A stretch of 47,593 nucleotides of DNA from Candidatus Kapaibacterium sp. (GTDB lineage Bacteria > Bacteroidota > Ignavibacteria > Kapaibacteriales > UBA4661): the NCBI GenBank assembly GCA_025363605.1, contig JANYDO010000359.1, positions 1-47,593 of the forward strand. Direction: 5' to 3'. A model generated the notes under the pieces. It did not search any database. It saw only the letters and a list, made by a program, of their open reading frames with translations, and had not been told where the DNA came from. Each line of letters begins with the position of its first letter. Position 1 is the first letter of the stretch. A program made the position numbers and the translations under genes. Of this stretch, positions 47,293 through 47,593 are shown piece by piece.

Positions 47293-47593
47293 ATGTTTCT
47301 TAGCAAACCTTACTTCCCTGCTCCGACAGAAAACCGTATGGGCGATGACGGTGATTTACTGACAGCGCGTCGAATCTTTTACGACGAAAAGCCGCGTAAT
47401 CTCTGGGCGCTCATGCGCAACCGCTTTTCGTGGATGAATCGGTATATTGATCCCGAAAAACACGTCGGCGTTGAGGTGGGATGCGGTATTGGCGTTGTGA
47501 AAGAGTTTGTGCGGGCAAAGTCCATTTTGCTGACGGACTATGCCGAAAGTCCGTGGCTGGATGTGAAAATGGTAGATGCCATGAAAACGCCCT
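47293..47593 (+). CDS. Class I SAM-dependent methyltransferase, N-terminal part (runs off the window)
   Basis: Own translation MFLSKPYFPAP...VGVEVGCGIG...LLTDY...VDAMKTP, open to the window end. Confidence 0.75.
   Translation, partial: MFLSKPYFPAPTENRMGDDGDLLTARRIFYDEKPRNLWALMRNRFSWMNRYIDPEKHVGVEVGCGIGVVKEFVRAKSILLTDYAESPWLDVKMVDAMKTP

Noticed and set aside
45395-47593. GT2 plus two methyltransferases as a novel system
   Set aside because: A common arrangement at the start of surface-glycosylation clusters; nothing unusual visible, and the cluster is cut off by the window.

Overview
47.6-kb bacterial window, most likely from the FCB superphylum. A T9SS C-terminal sorting domain and Bacteroidota/Chlorobi-type genes point there; Candidatus Kapabacteria-like is an inference. 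Housekeeping and metabolic genes are leuS, htpG, glgA, fbaB, an AddA/UvrD-like helicase-nuclease, a patatin, an SDR and a circularly permuted ATP-grasp ligase. There is a TPR kinase/NarL pair upstream of a 2,216-aa IPT/TIG-repeat secreted protein, an ABC efflux operon with a LytS/LytTR pair, an IS607 element (tnpA + tnpB) and several toxin-antitoxin relics. The most striking unexplained structure is a family of hairpin repeats, GTCATnCCGAC-GYAG-GTCGGnATCYA, with compensatory stem changes. It forms 35-bp inverted ends around a stand-alone GIY-YIG nuclease gene inserted in the ABC operon (42180-42634) and recurs as gene-less doublets at 681-756 and 39761-39846, like an autonomous/non-autonomous REP pair with a GIY-YIG rather than a RAYT protein. 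Several different hairpin doublets are also nested inside short MITE-like outer inverted repeats, and one outer shell carries two unrelated cargos. Other highlights: a PEPCK homologue with substituted catalytic residues and long disordered tails, a TnpB with a Fanzor-like rearranged RuvC, a HicA/delta-60 chimera, a kinase split by a perfect 32-bp duplication and a 5'-truncated chemoreceptor abutting a repeat element. No rRNA, tRNA or CRISPR array was seen. All calls come from motif reading only; no searches were run.
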